From Candidatus Latescibacterota bacterium (lineage in GTDB: Bacteria > Latescibacterota > UBA2968 > UBA8231): 64,000 nucleotides of DNA. The notes beneath the pieces were generated by a model. That model had not been told where the DNA came from, made no database searches, and saw nothing but the letters and a program-made list of their open reading frames with translations. Position 1 is the stretch's first letter, and every line of letters begins with the position of its first letter. Shown piece by piece: positions 9,644 to 19,695 of this stretch. Made by a program: the position numbers and the translations under genes. The stretch covers positions 736,001-800,000 of the forward strand of contig CBDAOB010000004.1 of the NCBI GenBank assembly GCA_965197905.1, written 5' to 3'.

Positions 9644-12085
9644 GTGAGAATTCATCTCCACATCGACAAGCTCCATGTCGGCATGTTCGTCGAGGCGGAC
9701 GTCGACACCGCCACCGTCGATGGACAAACCCGCCATTACCTCGTATTGCGGGATGCCACCTTCAAGTCGGAATCGGGGAAGAAGCTGCGCTTGACCAAGC
9801 GCAAGCAGGCGCAGATCACCCACGCCGACGGCATGCTGATCACCTCCAGCAAGCAAATAAAGGTATTGCGCGACATCGACGTGCTCGAAGCGGTCGTGAA
9901 CACGGATAAGAGCGATGTCGTGCCCGACCTGCCGGAAGTGAGGAACGAACACGAAAAGGCCGGCAAAACGCCCACTTTCGTAGACGTGGAGGGTGCCGCC
10001 AAATCGGCAGACCAAGCTCCCATCGAGGCTGGCACTACGATTCGTCGCCGGAACTTCGGTCCGAAGAGCACCGGTTGGATGAAGGTGGAAATATCGGAAG
10101 AACGGGACAAGGCAACATTGCAGGTGTTGAGCTTTGGTGGCGACCCGCTCCTCGGCGCCTCTCACGTTTTTTCCGCCCTGCAGGAGCTCTACGGCATTAC
10201 CAACGGGCTCGACAACGATCTGGTCGAACGCCTGGCCACCCAAGCTACGGCGTCACCAAGCAGAGTGATCCGGGGCGAATTCCACGTTGCCGTCGCACCG
10301 TTTCCGGAAGGCGACGATTCCGGTCATATCGAATATACCTGCTTCGACGGGAAATCGATCCCGGGAGAACGTTCGGGAGGCGATCTCCCCGAACTGTTTC
10401 AGGGCGAATCGTTGCATCGACTATTGGATTCGAAGATCAATGTCCATCTCGCGACAGCGGGAGAGGAACTCGCGAGATTCGTACCGCCCGAAGGATACCA
10501 ACCTCCGGTGGACATTTTTGGCCAACCGCTGCGCAACACCGGTCCCGGAGCTCTGCTCAAACCCGGACCCAACGTTCGACTGCGCCAGCATGCGTATCTG
10601 TCCGAAACCATGGGGTATGTCTCCCTAAGAGATCGCGAATTGGCGGTGGTAATTCCTATCTGGATATCCTCCGATCGCATGGAAGCGCACTTCGTTTATT
10701 TCGATCACACGGAGTCCGGAGAGACCTTGACCGCGGAGAATATAGGAGGCGCGCTCAAAACCTTGCAGATCAAACATGGTGTCAGAGATTCGGCCGTGGA
10801 CGAGCTCATTGCGTCGCCCCCGTCTGGAGAGGATGCGGCATCTGTACTGCTCGCCGAGGGCTCGCAGGTGAAACCGTCTTCGCCCCCTCGGTTGGAGACG
10901 ATTTTCGATTCTGACTGGCGCAAGGGTCCGCCGGCGCGAACGGCAACAAAAGCGCTGGACGCACCGACGGGGGTCGCTATGGTGGAGGCGGACCAGCTGT
11001 TGGCGGAAGTGCGTCCGAGCCGTGATGGGGAGCCAGGGACCGATCTCCTGGGGAAGCTTATACCTCCCTCGGCGGAAGGACACGAAGTCTTGAGCGCCGG
11101 TGTCAATGTGCGGTGTGAGTGGAGCGACGACGTCGGCCGGTTCTACTCTGCCATCGAGGGTTTTGCCAAGCTGCACAAGAACAGCATTCGAGTGAAACCG
11201 GTCGCCCACATTGCAGGAAACGTGGATGAAAATATCGTGTTCGCCGATGCCGAGAAGGATGTCTATGTCACCGGCTCGGTGAGGCCTGGAGTTGTAGTGA
11301 GAGCGGCTGGCAGCATCGCAATCGACGGCATGGTGGAATCGGGTGCCCAGGTTCACTCGAACGAAGACGTGACGGTTACGAAGGGTGTTGTAGGTCGCCA
11401 GTCACAGGTGGTTGCAATGGGCGATGTAGCCACCAAGTTCGTGCAGAATGGTTCCATCGTCGCGCGCGGGGATGTCAACGTTACAAGTCACGTCGTCAAC
11501 GCCCGGATACGAGCGGGCGGCAAGTTCACGGCCGAGTCGGACGGCACCGAGCGGGGTGGTAGCGTAGTAGGAGGACAGGTATTTGCAGCCAGTGGCGTAG
11601 AGGTGGCGAGCGTGGAATCGACGCGATCGGACGTCACCCGTCTCGGCATCGCTGAAGACCCTAAGATCACGGCCCAGATAAAGAAGGTGCAACAGGCGTT
11701 GGATTTTTGTACGACGAATATTCAAAGGATTTTTCGCACTCTCGGGACTAGCGAAATAGATGTGGTCGAGCTGAAGAAATCGATCGAAAATTCACCGCCG
11801 CACAAGCGCGAACCCTTGATGCTGCTGCTCAATCAACTCAAGGGGCTCGCTCAGACGAGAGAGAAATCACTCAAGATGAAAAGCGATCTGGAAGCCCAGC
11901 AGAGTCGGATGCTCGAGGGATCTGAGATCAGAGTCGCGGGTAGGATCCACCCCGGGGTGGAAATCAGCTTTGGCAATGAATCGGTTACTACCAAGGACGA
12001 GCTGAAATGCGCCGTGTTCTCCCACGAAGCGTCAGGCATCGCCTGTCGACAGGAGGATCCGCGTTCTCGGGCAGGTAGTGCATAG
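9644..12085 (+). CDS. FapA/DUF342-family protein with N-terminal DUF3391-like domain
   Basis: N-term HIDKLHVGMFV..LITSSKQIKVLR..VNTDKS (DUF3391-like); ISSDRMEA..IKHGV, GEPGTDLLGKLIP, beta-helix GNVD..VTGSV..VRAAGSIAIDGMVE..GSVVGG and coiled coil typical of DUF342. Confidence 0.8.
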   Translation: MRIHLHIDKLHVGMFVEADVDTATVDGQTRHYLVLRDATFKSESGKKLRLTKRKQAQITHADGMLITSSKQIKVLRDIDVLEAVVNTDKSDVVPDLPEVRNEHEKAGKTPTFVDVEGAAKSADQAPIEAGTTIRRRNFGPKSTGWMKVEISEERDKATLQVLSFGGDPLLGASHVFSALQELYGITNGLDNDLVERLATQATASPSRVIRGEFHVAVAPFPEGDDSGHIEYTCFDGKSIPGERSGGDLPELFQGESLHRLLDSKINVHLATAGEELARFVPPEGYQPPVDIFGQPLRNTGPGALLKPGPNVRLRQHAYLSETMGYVSLRDRELAVVIPIWISSDRMEAHFVYFDHTESGETLTAENIGGALKTLQIKHGVRDSAVDELIASPPSGEDAASVLLAEGSQVKPSSPPRLETIFDSDWRKGPPARTATKALDAPTGVAMVEADQLLAEVRPSRDGEPGTDLLGKLIPPSAEGHEVLSAGVNVRCEWSDDVGRFYSAIEGFAKLHKNSIRVKPVAHIAGNVDENIVFADAEKDVYVTGSVRPGVVVRAAGSIAIDGMVESGAQVHSNEDVTVTKGVVGRQSQVVAMGDVATKFVQNGSIVARGDVNVTSHVVNARIRAGGKFTAESDGTERGGSVVGGQVFAASGVEVASVESTRSDVTRLGIAEDPKITAQIKKVQQALDFCTTNIQRIFRTLGTSEIDVVELKKSIENSPPHKREPLMLLLNQLKGLAQTREKSLKMKSDLEAQQSRMLEGSEIRVAGRIHPGVEISFGNESVTTKDELKCAVFSHEASGIACRQEDPRSRAGSA

Positions 12086-12157
12086 AAACGCAGAGACTCC
12101 GGTGAAAAGGCGACCCGAGTCCAGGTCCGGACGCTTCTCCCGTAAACTGACGCAACG

Positions 12158-14140
12158 ATGAAGATATTTCAAACCCAAGCGGCGAGATACGCTCTTCTGG
12201 GGGCCCTGTTTGGATGTTCGTTTCCGGCGGGTGCCATTTTGATCGATCTGTTTTTTTTGCACAATCTCGATCTGACCGTGCGCAATGTAGTCATGATACA
12301 ATCGCAGCAGCCGTTGCACTGGATCATCGATTCAGCACCGATTGTACTCGGCTTGCTGGCGATGTTCATCGGACGGCACCAGGACCGCCTAGCGACCATC
12401 CACCAGGAGCTCGAACGGGAGCAGAACCTGGTTCGAGGATTGGCGAAGTTCCCTGAAGAAAACCCCCACCCGGTACTTCGCGTTGCCGAGGACGGCGAGA
12501 TCCTGTATTCCAATCGTCCCGCTTCCGAACTCCTGCGCAATATGGCAAACGGCGGACGACTGAATTCCCAGTGGGGAGAAATCGTGATCGCGACGCTGAA
12601 AGGCGGCGACAGCTACGAAGAGGAGCTGGTCGTCGAGGACCAAACCATGTCGTTAGTATTTACGCCCGTTGTCGATATGAAATACGTTAATATCTACGGC
12701 AGAAACGTTACCCGGAGGGTACGGGCTCTGGAGGAGCTAGAGATCGCCAAGGAGGCGGCCGAAGCGGCAAACCGGGCGAAGAGCGAATTCCTCGCCAACA
12801 TGAGTCACGAGCTCCGAACCCCCATGAACGCCATTCTCGGCTACGCCCAGATCCTCGAGTCCGCCGATGACCTGCCCGTGCAGCACCGCAACTCGGTCGA
12901 GACCATAGGCGAGAGTGGCGAGCATCTTTTGTCGCTGATCAACAACATCCTCGACATATCCAAGATTGAAGCGGGACGGGAGGAGCTGAACGAGCTCCAT
13001 TTCGACCTGAACAACATGCTGCATGGACTGGCGTCGATGTTCGAGATCCGGTGTCGCCAACAGGGTCTCACCTGGAAGCTGGAGATCGCGGGTGATCTGG
13101 GCGTCGTCATCGGTGATGAGGGCAAGCTTCGTCAAATATTGATAAATCTCTTGGGGAACTCGATAAAGTTCACCTTTCAAGGTAACGTTACCTTGAAAGT
13201 AGAAGCGCCCACCGACAAGCTGTACTACTTCGAGGTGTCCGATACCGGCAAGGGAATCGGACCGGAAGCACGGAGCTACATCTTCGAACCGTTCCATCAA
13301 GAGGGAAACAGCTTCTCCCAAGGAGGGTCAGGGTTGGGACTGGCCATAAGCCGGCGATATGTGAACATGATGGGAGGTGAGCTGCAATTCGATTCCGAAG
13401 TGGGAGCCGGTACTCGGTTCTACTTCCGCGTGCCCTTTGCGCTTGGCGATCCGCCCGCGGGAGTTTCATCGCGAGATGCTTCGAGCAAATGGCAACGGGT
13501 GAAACGATTGCGCGATGATACCCCGGTCTATGCTTTGGTCGTTGATGACGTCACGACGAACCGCGATGTGATCGCTCAGATCCTGCGGTTCGTCGGCGCT
13601 GAGGTCGAAACCGTCGAGTCGGGCAGATTAGCCCTTGAGCAGGTTCGCCGAAAGCGGCCGGATATAATTTTCATGGACATTCGCATGCCAGAAATGACGG
13701 GCGTCGAGGCGATGCAGAGGTTGCGCGAAGAGCACGGAGAAGGGGCATCCAAGATTGTGGCGGTCACGGCGTCGGTGTTTGAGCATCAGAGACAGGCGCA
13801 ACTGGCAGCAGGATTTGATGGTTTTATTGACAAACCGTTGCGTGCGGGGCAGGTCTACGCCTCTATGGCAGATCTGCTGAACGTCGAGTACGAATTCGAG
13901 GCCGTTCAGCGCAGCGAGACCGCCGACTGGTCGGATTTGCAGCTTCCCGTGGAGCTCCATGAGCGCTTGCTTGCCGCCGCCGATTCTCACAGTGCGTCGG
14001 AGCTGCGTCGTAATCTTGAGTCTCTGAAGAATCTTGGCTCGAGCGGAGAGAGTCTTTTCGAGCACTTGCAGTCATTGGCCCGGCGGTATGATATGAGCGG
14101 AATCAGGTCGGTGCTAGAGGATCTTTCAGGGAACCGTTGA
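12158..14140 (+). CDS. Membrane-bound hybrid sensor histidine kinase (2 TM, PAS-like, HisKA, HATPase, REC, C-terminal helical domain)
   Basis: FPEENPHPVLRV (PAS), AKSEFLANMSHELRTPMNAILG, GNSIKFT, DTGKGI, GGSGLGL, VVDD..FMDIRMP..KP. Confidence 0.93.
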   Translation: MKIFQTQAARYALLGALFGCSFPAGAILIDLFFLHNLDLTVRNVVMIQSQQPLHWIIDSAPIVLGLLAMFIGRHQDRLATIHQELEREQNLVRGLAKFPEENPHPVLRVAEDGEILYSNRPASELLRNMANGGRLNSQWGEIVIATLKGGDSYEEELVVEDQTMSLVFTPVVDMKYVNIYGRNVTRRVRALEELEIAKEAAEAANRAKSEFLANMSHELRTPMNAILGYAQILESADDLPVQHRNSVETIGESGEHLLSLINNILDISKIEAGREELNELHFDLNNMLHGLASMFEIRCRQQGLTWKLEIAGDLGVVIGDEGKLRQILINLLGNSIKFTFQGNVTLKVEAPTDKLYYFEVSDTGKGIGPEARSYIFEPFHQEGNSFSQGGSGLGLAISRRYVNMMGGELQFDSEVGAGTRFYFRVPFALGDPPAGVSSRDASSKWQRVKRLRDDTPVYALVVDDVTTNRDVIAQILRFVGAEVETVESGRLALEQVRRKRPDIIFMDIRMPEMTGVEAMQRLREEHGEGASKIVAVTASVFEHQRQAQLAAGFDGFIDKPLRAGQVYASMADLLNVEYEFEAVQRSETADWSDLQLPVELHERLLAAADSHSASELRRNLESLKNLGSSGESLFEHLQSLARRYDMSGIRSVLEDLSGNR

Positions 14141-14154
14141 GGCAAGCCCAGGAG

Positions 14155-15483
14155 ATGGAGATTGCTCTCAAGAATCGGATCATAGAGACAAGAGGTGATG
14201 CCGCAGGGATGGAGCAGTTGTATCGGCGCGCCCGCGACAAGGGCGAAGAGCCGATTTTCAAGGACGCGATCGCTCAATGCGCCGCTGAATGCGGAGACGA
14301 TATTCTTCTTTCGGCATGGGTACATCGTCTGAACCTGAAGACCGGGTCCGACCAAGAGCAAACGCTCGCATCTTCCAGGCGAATCAGACATTGGAAGACC
14401 GCCGTTGGAGTGAGTGTCGTGTTGGGCGTGGCGTTCGCGTTGTTGGCCGGCGATCGGCCACCAGCACCGATACCTGGGGAAAGCTCATCGCAATTCTGGA
14501 TCGGATGGGCACCTCTGACCGCACTCTTCATCCTGGGTTTTTTAGCTGCGGTCAGCCGCGAAGCGGAACCATGTCGTCGCTATGGACGTCCCGGCGCGCT
14601 TATCCTGATTCTCGCAGTGCTGGTGGCGATGGCAGGGTGGGAAAGAGTCGACAATGTAGCCGGCCTGCTTGCCGTGCATCTTCCCGTCGCCGTCTGGGCA
14701 ACCCTAGGGGCGGGGGTGGCTCTGGGGAGGAGTGATGCCACCAACCAGCAGTATGCGTATCTGGTGAAATCGGTCGAGGCGGTTCTCACTGCCGGAATCT
14801 ACTTCGCGGCGGGGGGGATCTTTCTGGCTTTGACCTTCGGCATATTCAGTGTTTTGGGCATCGAGCTCCCTGAGGAGGAGATGCTCCATGTCGCCGCATG
14901 GGGTATCGGAGCAGTACCTGTCCTGGCGTTGGCCAGCGTATACGATCCAACGGTGCCCCCCGTTCTGCAGGATTGGTCGACAGGGTTGTCCCGCATCCTG
15001 CAGCTGTTGACGCGAATTTTCCTACCCCTGGCGCTTGGGGTTTTGTTGGTCTATGTGCTCTGGTTCATACCGTCGAACTTCTGGCATCCGTTCCGCGAGC
15101 GCGAGGCATTGATCGTGTACAACGCCACGATACTGGGCGTCTTGATGCTGTTGAGCATTGCCGTCAGCGGACCCGCTCCTGAAGGAAACGTGCTGCGCAA
15201 TGCGCTGCTGGCTTTGGCCGTACTGACCGCCCTCCTGAATGCCTACGCACTGGCAGCCAACCTCACGCGCATCTTCGAGTTGGGCTTGACACCCAACCGA
15301 TACGCGGTAGCGGGATGGAACGTCGTCACCATGCTCATGCTTTCGACGGTGATTTTCCGGTTGTGGAGCGGGGGCCCGGAACAGTGGGTGCCGAGCCTGC
15401 GACGGGGAATCGCCCTCGCCTCGGTGCTAGCCGCCGTTTGGTCAGCGTGGGTCGTCGTTGGGCTGCCGTTGTCGTTCTCTTAG
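14155..15483 (+). CDS. Multi-pass integral membrane protein of unknown function
   Basis: About 11-12 hydrophobic segments, GLTPNR motif, GGAG RBS before ATG. Confidence 0.75.
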   Translation: MEIALKNRIIETRGDAAGMEQLYRRARDKGEEPIFKDAIAQCAAECGDDILLSAWVHRLNLKTGSDQEQTLASSRRIRHWKTAVGVSVVLGVAFALLAGDRPPAPIPGESSSQFWIGWAPLTALFILGFLAAVSREAEPCRRYGRPGALILILAVLVAMAGWERVDNVAGLLAVHLPVAVWATLGAGVALGRSDATNQQYAYLVKSVEAVLTAGIYFAAGGIFLALTFGIFSVLGIELPEEEMLHVAAWGIGAVPVLALASVYDPTVPPVLQDWSTGLSRILQLLTRIFLPLALGVLLVYVLWFIPSNFWHPFREREALIVYNATILGVLMLLSIAVSGPAPEGNVLRNALLALAVLTALLNAYALAANLTRIFELGLTPNRYAVAGWNVVTMLMLSTVIFRLWSGGPEQWVPSLRRGIALASVLAAVWSAWVVVGLPLSFS

Positions 15484-15525
15484 AAATCTGTTTCAACCGC
15501 GGGGTGCTGCACGCACTCGGTGGGA

Positions 15526-16440
15526 TCAGTCGTTGTACTTCTCTGGAGGGATACGATGCTCGGAGGAGAAACTCATGTTTTCCGGCAAAGGCATGAATGC
15601 GGGGATCATCTCACTCCTTCGCGCCATAATGTGTTCCATCGGATCGGTTATCTGATCCAGCTCCTTATCGCTTATCGGCAGCGAATAACGCACCATCGGC
15701 GTATAACGCTGAAATGCTTCGGCGTAACCTACCCCCGCCTTGTTGCCGTAGTGGCCGTCCTGCATCTCGCCCCGCTTCCGAGAGTAGGCACCGCCGTAGT
15801 ACTGACTGGATATACAGTCCAAGGCTTTCACCTTCTTGTCGATTACATCGGTGATATCAACGTATAGATCGACCCGCGAAGTGCTGGCGTATTCAAGAGT
15901 ATTGGCACCGATGTAAGCGATCGGATTCATGAAATAGATGACCGGTGTGAGGTGCCTTTCCTGCCGGCCGCGCCCGGTCCCCTGAGCCAGGGTCGCCGCG
16001 AAGACTGTCGCCTGTCCGATGGTTCCGTGCATCTTCAAACCGCCGGTTTCGTACGGATGATGCGAAATCAGCAGATCCGGTTTCACCTCGCGGATAACGT
16101 CGGCGATCGCCTCTACCTTGGCCCGGTCCAACAAAAGGTCGTCATCCTCGAACCCAAGGTCCCGTAGATCGTCGAAACCACAGATACGGCAGGCGTTGCG
16201 GGTTTCTTCCAGCTTCTGAGCCACCGCCTCTTTCATTTTGGTCTCAACATCCAGGTCGGCTCCCTCCCGCTGCTTTTCGTCTTTCAGCTCCCAGTGATGC
16301 GAACGCACGCCGGTAGTGGCGATTGCGACGGTGACTTGGTCACCGCGTGCCACGTGGTGGGCCAAGGTTCCCCCCGCCTGATCGAAGCTGTCTGCGGGAT
16401 GGGCGGCAACGAGCAAGATCTGAATCGGTCGGCTCGGCAT
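15526..16440 (-). CDS. PIG-L/LmbE-family metalloenzyme (deacetylase or GalB-like hydratase; AHPAD variant)
   Basis: LLVAAHPADSFDQAGGTLA, IREVKPDLLISH, VDITDVIDKKVKALDC..SQ, YAEAF. Confidence 0.82.
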   Translation of the reverse strand: MPSRPIQILLVAAHPADSFDQAGGTLAHHVARGDQVTVAIATTGVRSHHWELKDEKQREGADLDVETKMKEAVAQKLEETRNACRICGFDDLRDLGFEDDDLLLDRAKVEAIADVIREVKPDLLISHHPYETGGLKMHGTIGQATVFAATLAQGTGRGRQERHLTPVIYFMNPIAYIGANTLEYASTSRVDLYVDITDVIDKKVKALDCISSQYYGGAYSRKRGEMQDGHYGNKAGVGYAEAFQRYTPMVRYSLPISDKELDQITDPMEHIMARRSEMIPAFMPLPENMSFSSEHRIPPEKYND

Positions 16441-16449
16441 GTGGTTTCC

Positions 16450-17691
16450 TCAGGGCACGGGTTTCGATCTGTTTTTGTAGATCTCTTCGTGACCGGGGGG
16501 AATGACCCCGCCGATCTTCAGCGCCTGTTTTCCGTTCTCGCCGGCGAAGGGACGCGCCAGAAATTTGGGTTCCTCTTCGACGAAAACTACGACGGGTCCC
16601 GTCTTTGGTGTGTCCGAACAGATGATATCGCCGGTCTTCAACGTTCGGGCTTCGCCCAGGGAGATCTGCGTCCGCCCCAGCTCGGCCGTAACCGGCATGA
16701 AGGTCTTGTTCAGACGCTGGTTGTTCTGTTGAATCAGGTCATCTTTATTCGTCTGTGAAATCCGGACATAACTTTGTTGTCCCAACCGCGGCAGGATCGA
16801 TTCGAGGGTAAAGAAGGGATAGCACAGGCTGACCAGGCCCGAGGCGTTTGTAGAGTTGACCTCGAAAGCCAGCAGGATGACGATCTCACTGGCCGCCGTG
16901 ATCTGCATGAACTCCGGGTTGGTCTCCAACTCGATGTCGGTGACCTCTACCCGCAGAATCGGCTCCCAGGTCGCTTCCAGATCTTCGATGACCCGCTTGG
17001 TGATGCGATGAATCACACCAACCTCGATCGGGGTCAGGGTTCGCGGTTCCACGCCTTTGTGGGAGCCCTTACCGCCGAAAATCCTGTCGACGAAAGCGAA
17101 GGTTACCGGCATGGCAAAATCGATGATCGCCTGCCCATTGGTGGGACCCAATGTAAACTGGTAGGAACAGGACGGATTCGACAGTGACATGATGAATTCG
17201 GCATAGGTAGTCTGGTCCACGAACGCCGTTTCCACATCCACCACGGCACGCATGGCGCCGGAAAAGGTGGAGCTCAGCAGTCGGGCGAAGTTGTCGTGCA
17301 GGTTTTCCAGGGTGCGCAGCTGATCCTTGTTCACCCTCGCCGGGTGTTTAAAGTCGTAGCTGGTGACTATTCGTTTTTGAGGTCGTCCGCGGTTCTCCTT
17401 CTTCTGTTGCATCTCCATGTATTGAGCCAAAGCCTCTCCCATCGCCAGGCGCAGCTCCTCCCGCGCCTTTTTCGATATTCTCTTGCCCTTGAGCAGGGTG
17501 TCCAGCTCCTTCAGCGCTGCCGCCTCCAACGCCTCTCCCCGTTCATTGACCGCCAAACCTGCCAGTCTCTGCAGAAAACCCGAAATTTGGCTCTCGTCCA
17601 GCTTTTGCTTCTTGAGACGGCCGTAGAAACCGTCCGACTCCTTGGATAAGAGCAGCGCATCGATTTCATCCTGAGAGAGTATGTCAGCCAT
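16450..17691 (-). CDS. fliM: Flagellar motor switch protein FliM (copy 1)
   Basis: MADILSQDEIDALL CheY-binding peptide, YDFKHPARVNKDQLRTLENLHDNFAR, GGKG, LTPIE, ETNPEF, C-terminal SpoA domain. Confidence 0.92.
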   Translation of the reverse strand: MADILSQDEIDALLLSKESDGFYGRLKKQKLDESQISGFLQRLAGLAVNERGEALEAAALKELDTLLKGKRISKKAREELRLAMGEALAQYMEMQQKKENRGRPQKRIVTSYDFKHPARVNKDQLRTLENLHDNFARLLSSTFSGAMRAVVDVETAFVDQTTYAEFIMSLSNPSCSYQFTLGPTNGQAIIDFAMPVTFAFVDRIFGGKGSHKGVEPRTLTPIEVGVIHRITKRVIEDLEATWEPILRVEVTDIELETNPEFMQITAASEIVILLAFEVNSTNASGLVSLCYPFFTLESILPRLGQQSYVRISQTNKDDLIQQNNQRLNKTFMPVTAELGRTQISLGEARTLKTGDIICSDTPKTGPVVVFVEEEPKFLARPFAGENGKQALKIGGVIPPGHEEIYKNRSKPVP

Positions 17692-17709
17692 GTCAGTCTC
17701 CTACAAATC

Positions 17710-19023
17710 TTAGACGTAATCGTCTCCGGTGTCGCCGCGAACTATCCTAACCTTCCCCTGCTCTTCGAGCTGCCTCACTGTTTGCACGATCCGCAGCTGC
17801 ACCTCCTCCACATCACGGCGCAGCATCCGTTCCAGCCCCTCCATGCCTTCTCGAACCGAGGTGCAAGCCCGCTCCGACATGTTGCTGAAAAATCGTTCTC
17901 GCAGTTCCTCGCCGGCCTGTTTTAGTGCGATGGTAAGATCTTTCTCATCTGTTTCGCGTAACAGAGTCTGGATTTCGGTATCCGTCATCTTGCCGATCTC
18001 GGCGAAAGTAAACATCTGATTGCGCACTGATTCGGCCACCTCCGGATCCTGCGCATCCATCTGGTTGAGAACGGTCCGCTCCACGCTTGAGCCCGTCAAA
18101 TTCAGCACGTCGGCCAGCACCTTGGGTCCGCCTACGTCCTGATCCCGACCGAGCAAGTCTCGAAGAGAAGCTTCCAAAGCTTCTTCGAGGTTCGCGATCA
18201 CCTTTTGAGGGACGTTCTCGGTAGTCGCCATTCGATATGACACGTCTGCCTGTAAACGTTCGGGCAATTGTGCCAGTACCCCTGCTGACCTGCGTGGTTC
18301 AAGCTGCGAGAGAATGAGCGCGATCGTCTGCGGGTGCTCGTTAGATAAGAAGGGAGCGATCTGATCCGCCTCCACTCTGTTGAGCATGCTGAACCCGGAT
18401 TCGGTAGAATCTATATTCCTGTCAACAAAGTGATTCGCCCGGTGTGGTCCCACCACCTTGGTCAGCAGCCCGCGGGCATACGCCGGGCCGCCGATCTCCA
18501 CGTAGTCACCAGCCACGATGCGCCGGTGCGCTGTCTCCAACGCGTGCATAGCGAGCTGATGCCCAACCTCGGGCATCTCCGCAATAGCTCGCGCGACGAG
18601 CTGAGTTTCCTCGCCCAGATGTCGGCAGACCTGGGCACCAATTTCCTCGCCCAGACCGATCAATATGGCCGCTACCAACTGTTGAGCAGTCAGATCAGAG
18701 AGCGGTCCCTCGTCCCGGCTTGCCTCTTCTCTTCGGATGATAGTTCGGACCACGGCTGCTGTTTCTTTAGCGTGGTGAAAGAGGTAGGCATGGGTGCTGT
18801 CAGCGGCGATTCCAGACGGTAGGAGAGGCGCCGAGGAGGTGTCGGGAGGTTTTGCCACAGCCTCCACGGTCTGGGGGCGCGGTTTTGGCACGTGCAGGGG
18901 TGGCATCGCGTCGACGGCAGCCTCGTCTGGGCATGTCCAGCTTGCAACCGTTTGTTTCTCTTTAAACTCGGTCGAGCCGCCCACGATGCGGGCCCCTGTA
19001 GTTTTTTGAGGCGCGGCGCTCAT
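17710..19023 (-). CDS. fliG: FliG-like motor switch protein (copy 1) with N-terminal extension
   Basis: [56 protein letters not shown]. Confidence 0.88.
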   Translation of the reverse strand: MSAAPQKTTGARIVGGSTEFKEKQTVASWTCPDEAAVDAMPPLHVPKPRPQTVEAVAKPPDTSSAPLLPSGIAADSTHAYLFHHAKETAAVVRTIIRREEASRDEGPLSDLTAQQLVAAILIGLGEEIGAQVCRHLGEETQLVARAIAEMPEVGHQLAMHALETAHRRIVAGDYVEIGGPAYARGLLTKVVGPHRANHFVDRNIDSTESGFSMLNRVEADQIAPFLSNEHPQTIALILSQLEPRRSAGVLAQLPERLQADVSYRMATTENVPQKVIANLEEALEASLRDLLGRDQDVGGPKVLADVLNLTGSSVERTVLNQMDAQDPEVAESVRNQMFTFAEIGKMTDTEIQTLLRETDEKDLTIALKQAGEELRERFFSNMSERACTSVREGMEGLERMLRRDVEEVQLRIVQTVRQLEEQGKVRIVRGDTGDDYV

Positions 19024-19295
19024 GAGGTCACCTCGTGATCGACGGGAAAATCGTGAAGGCGGGTGATGCGTACGGCCATGAGGTCTGTAACAACCACGAT
19101 CTCCCCTTCGGCAAAGGGCCTCCGGTTGACCAGCACACCGAAGGCCTCGCCGGCCAGTTTATCGAGCTCGATGACGTCGAACGCCTGCAGCCTCCGTACC
19201 TGACCCAAGGTCATTTCCTTGCGACCCAATTCCACCATCACTTCGGCCACCACATTGGCCAGATCCGCGCGTGGGGTGCTTTCGAGAGTTGTCAT
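19020..19295 (-). CDS. fliN: FliN/SpoA-domain protein (type b, copy 1)
   Basis: VELGRKEMTLGQV..VIELDKLAGE..LVN..FAEGEIVVV..VRIT. Confidence 0.8.
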   Translation of the reverse strand: MTTLESTPRADLANVVAEVMVELGRKEMTLGQVRRLQAFDVIELDKLAGEAFGVLVNRRPFAEGEIVVVTDLMAVRITRLHDFPVDHEVTS

Positions 19296-19307
19296 TCGGA
19301 CCTCCTC

Positions 19308-19604
19308 TCAGACCTGTCCCAGAACCTCGGTGAGTCGCACGCCGAAGTTCTCATTGACCGTGATGACCTCACCCCGAGCGAAGTGTTTGCCGTTGACGAA
19401 TACGTCGATGGGATCGCCCACCTCCTTGTCCAATTCGATCAGCGACTGTTCGCCCATGTCGGAGATGTCCTCCATGGTTTTCGTGGTACCACCGAGTACC
19501 ATCTGGACCATGACGGGCATATCCTCGAGCAGGTCGATATTGTCACGTGGTGCCGCCGGCTTCGGCGGAACTGCCTTTTTCTTTGGGGTCTTGCTCGTTG
19601 CCAT
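19308..19604 (-). CDS. fliN: FliN/SpoA-domain protein (type a, copy 1)
   Basis: NIDLLEDMPV..LIELDKEVGDPIDVFVNGKHFARGEVITVNENFGVRLTE. Confidence 0.88.
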   Translation of the reverse strand: MATSKTPKKKAVPPKPAAPRDNIDLLEDMPVMVQMVLGGTTKTMEDISDMGEQSLIELDKEVGDPIDVFVNGKHFARGEVITVNENFGVRLTEVLGQV

Positions 19605-19652
19605 TTCGCTTTGCTCCTTCCCTCGAAGTGGGTAGATGAGCCGCTCGCTTCA

Positions 19653-19683
19653 ACAGTGTACGGAACTCCAGAGCATAATCCTA
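19653..19683 (-). promoter_or_regulatory. Putative promoter/operator of the fliN-fliN-fliG-fliM operon (TAGGAT-N17-TACACT), shared with 30551..30581
   Basis: 13-bp exact match ACAGTGTACGGAA plus GCAnAnTCCTA at identical spacing in both upstream regions. Confidence 0.5.
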
Positions 19684-19695
19684 TAAGGGTTTTTA

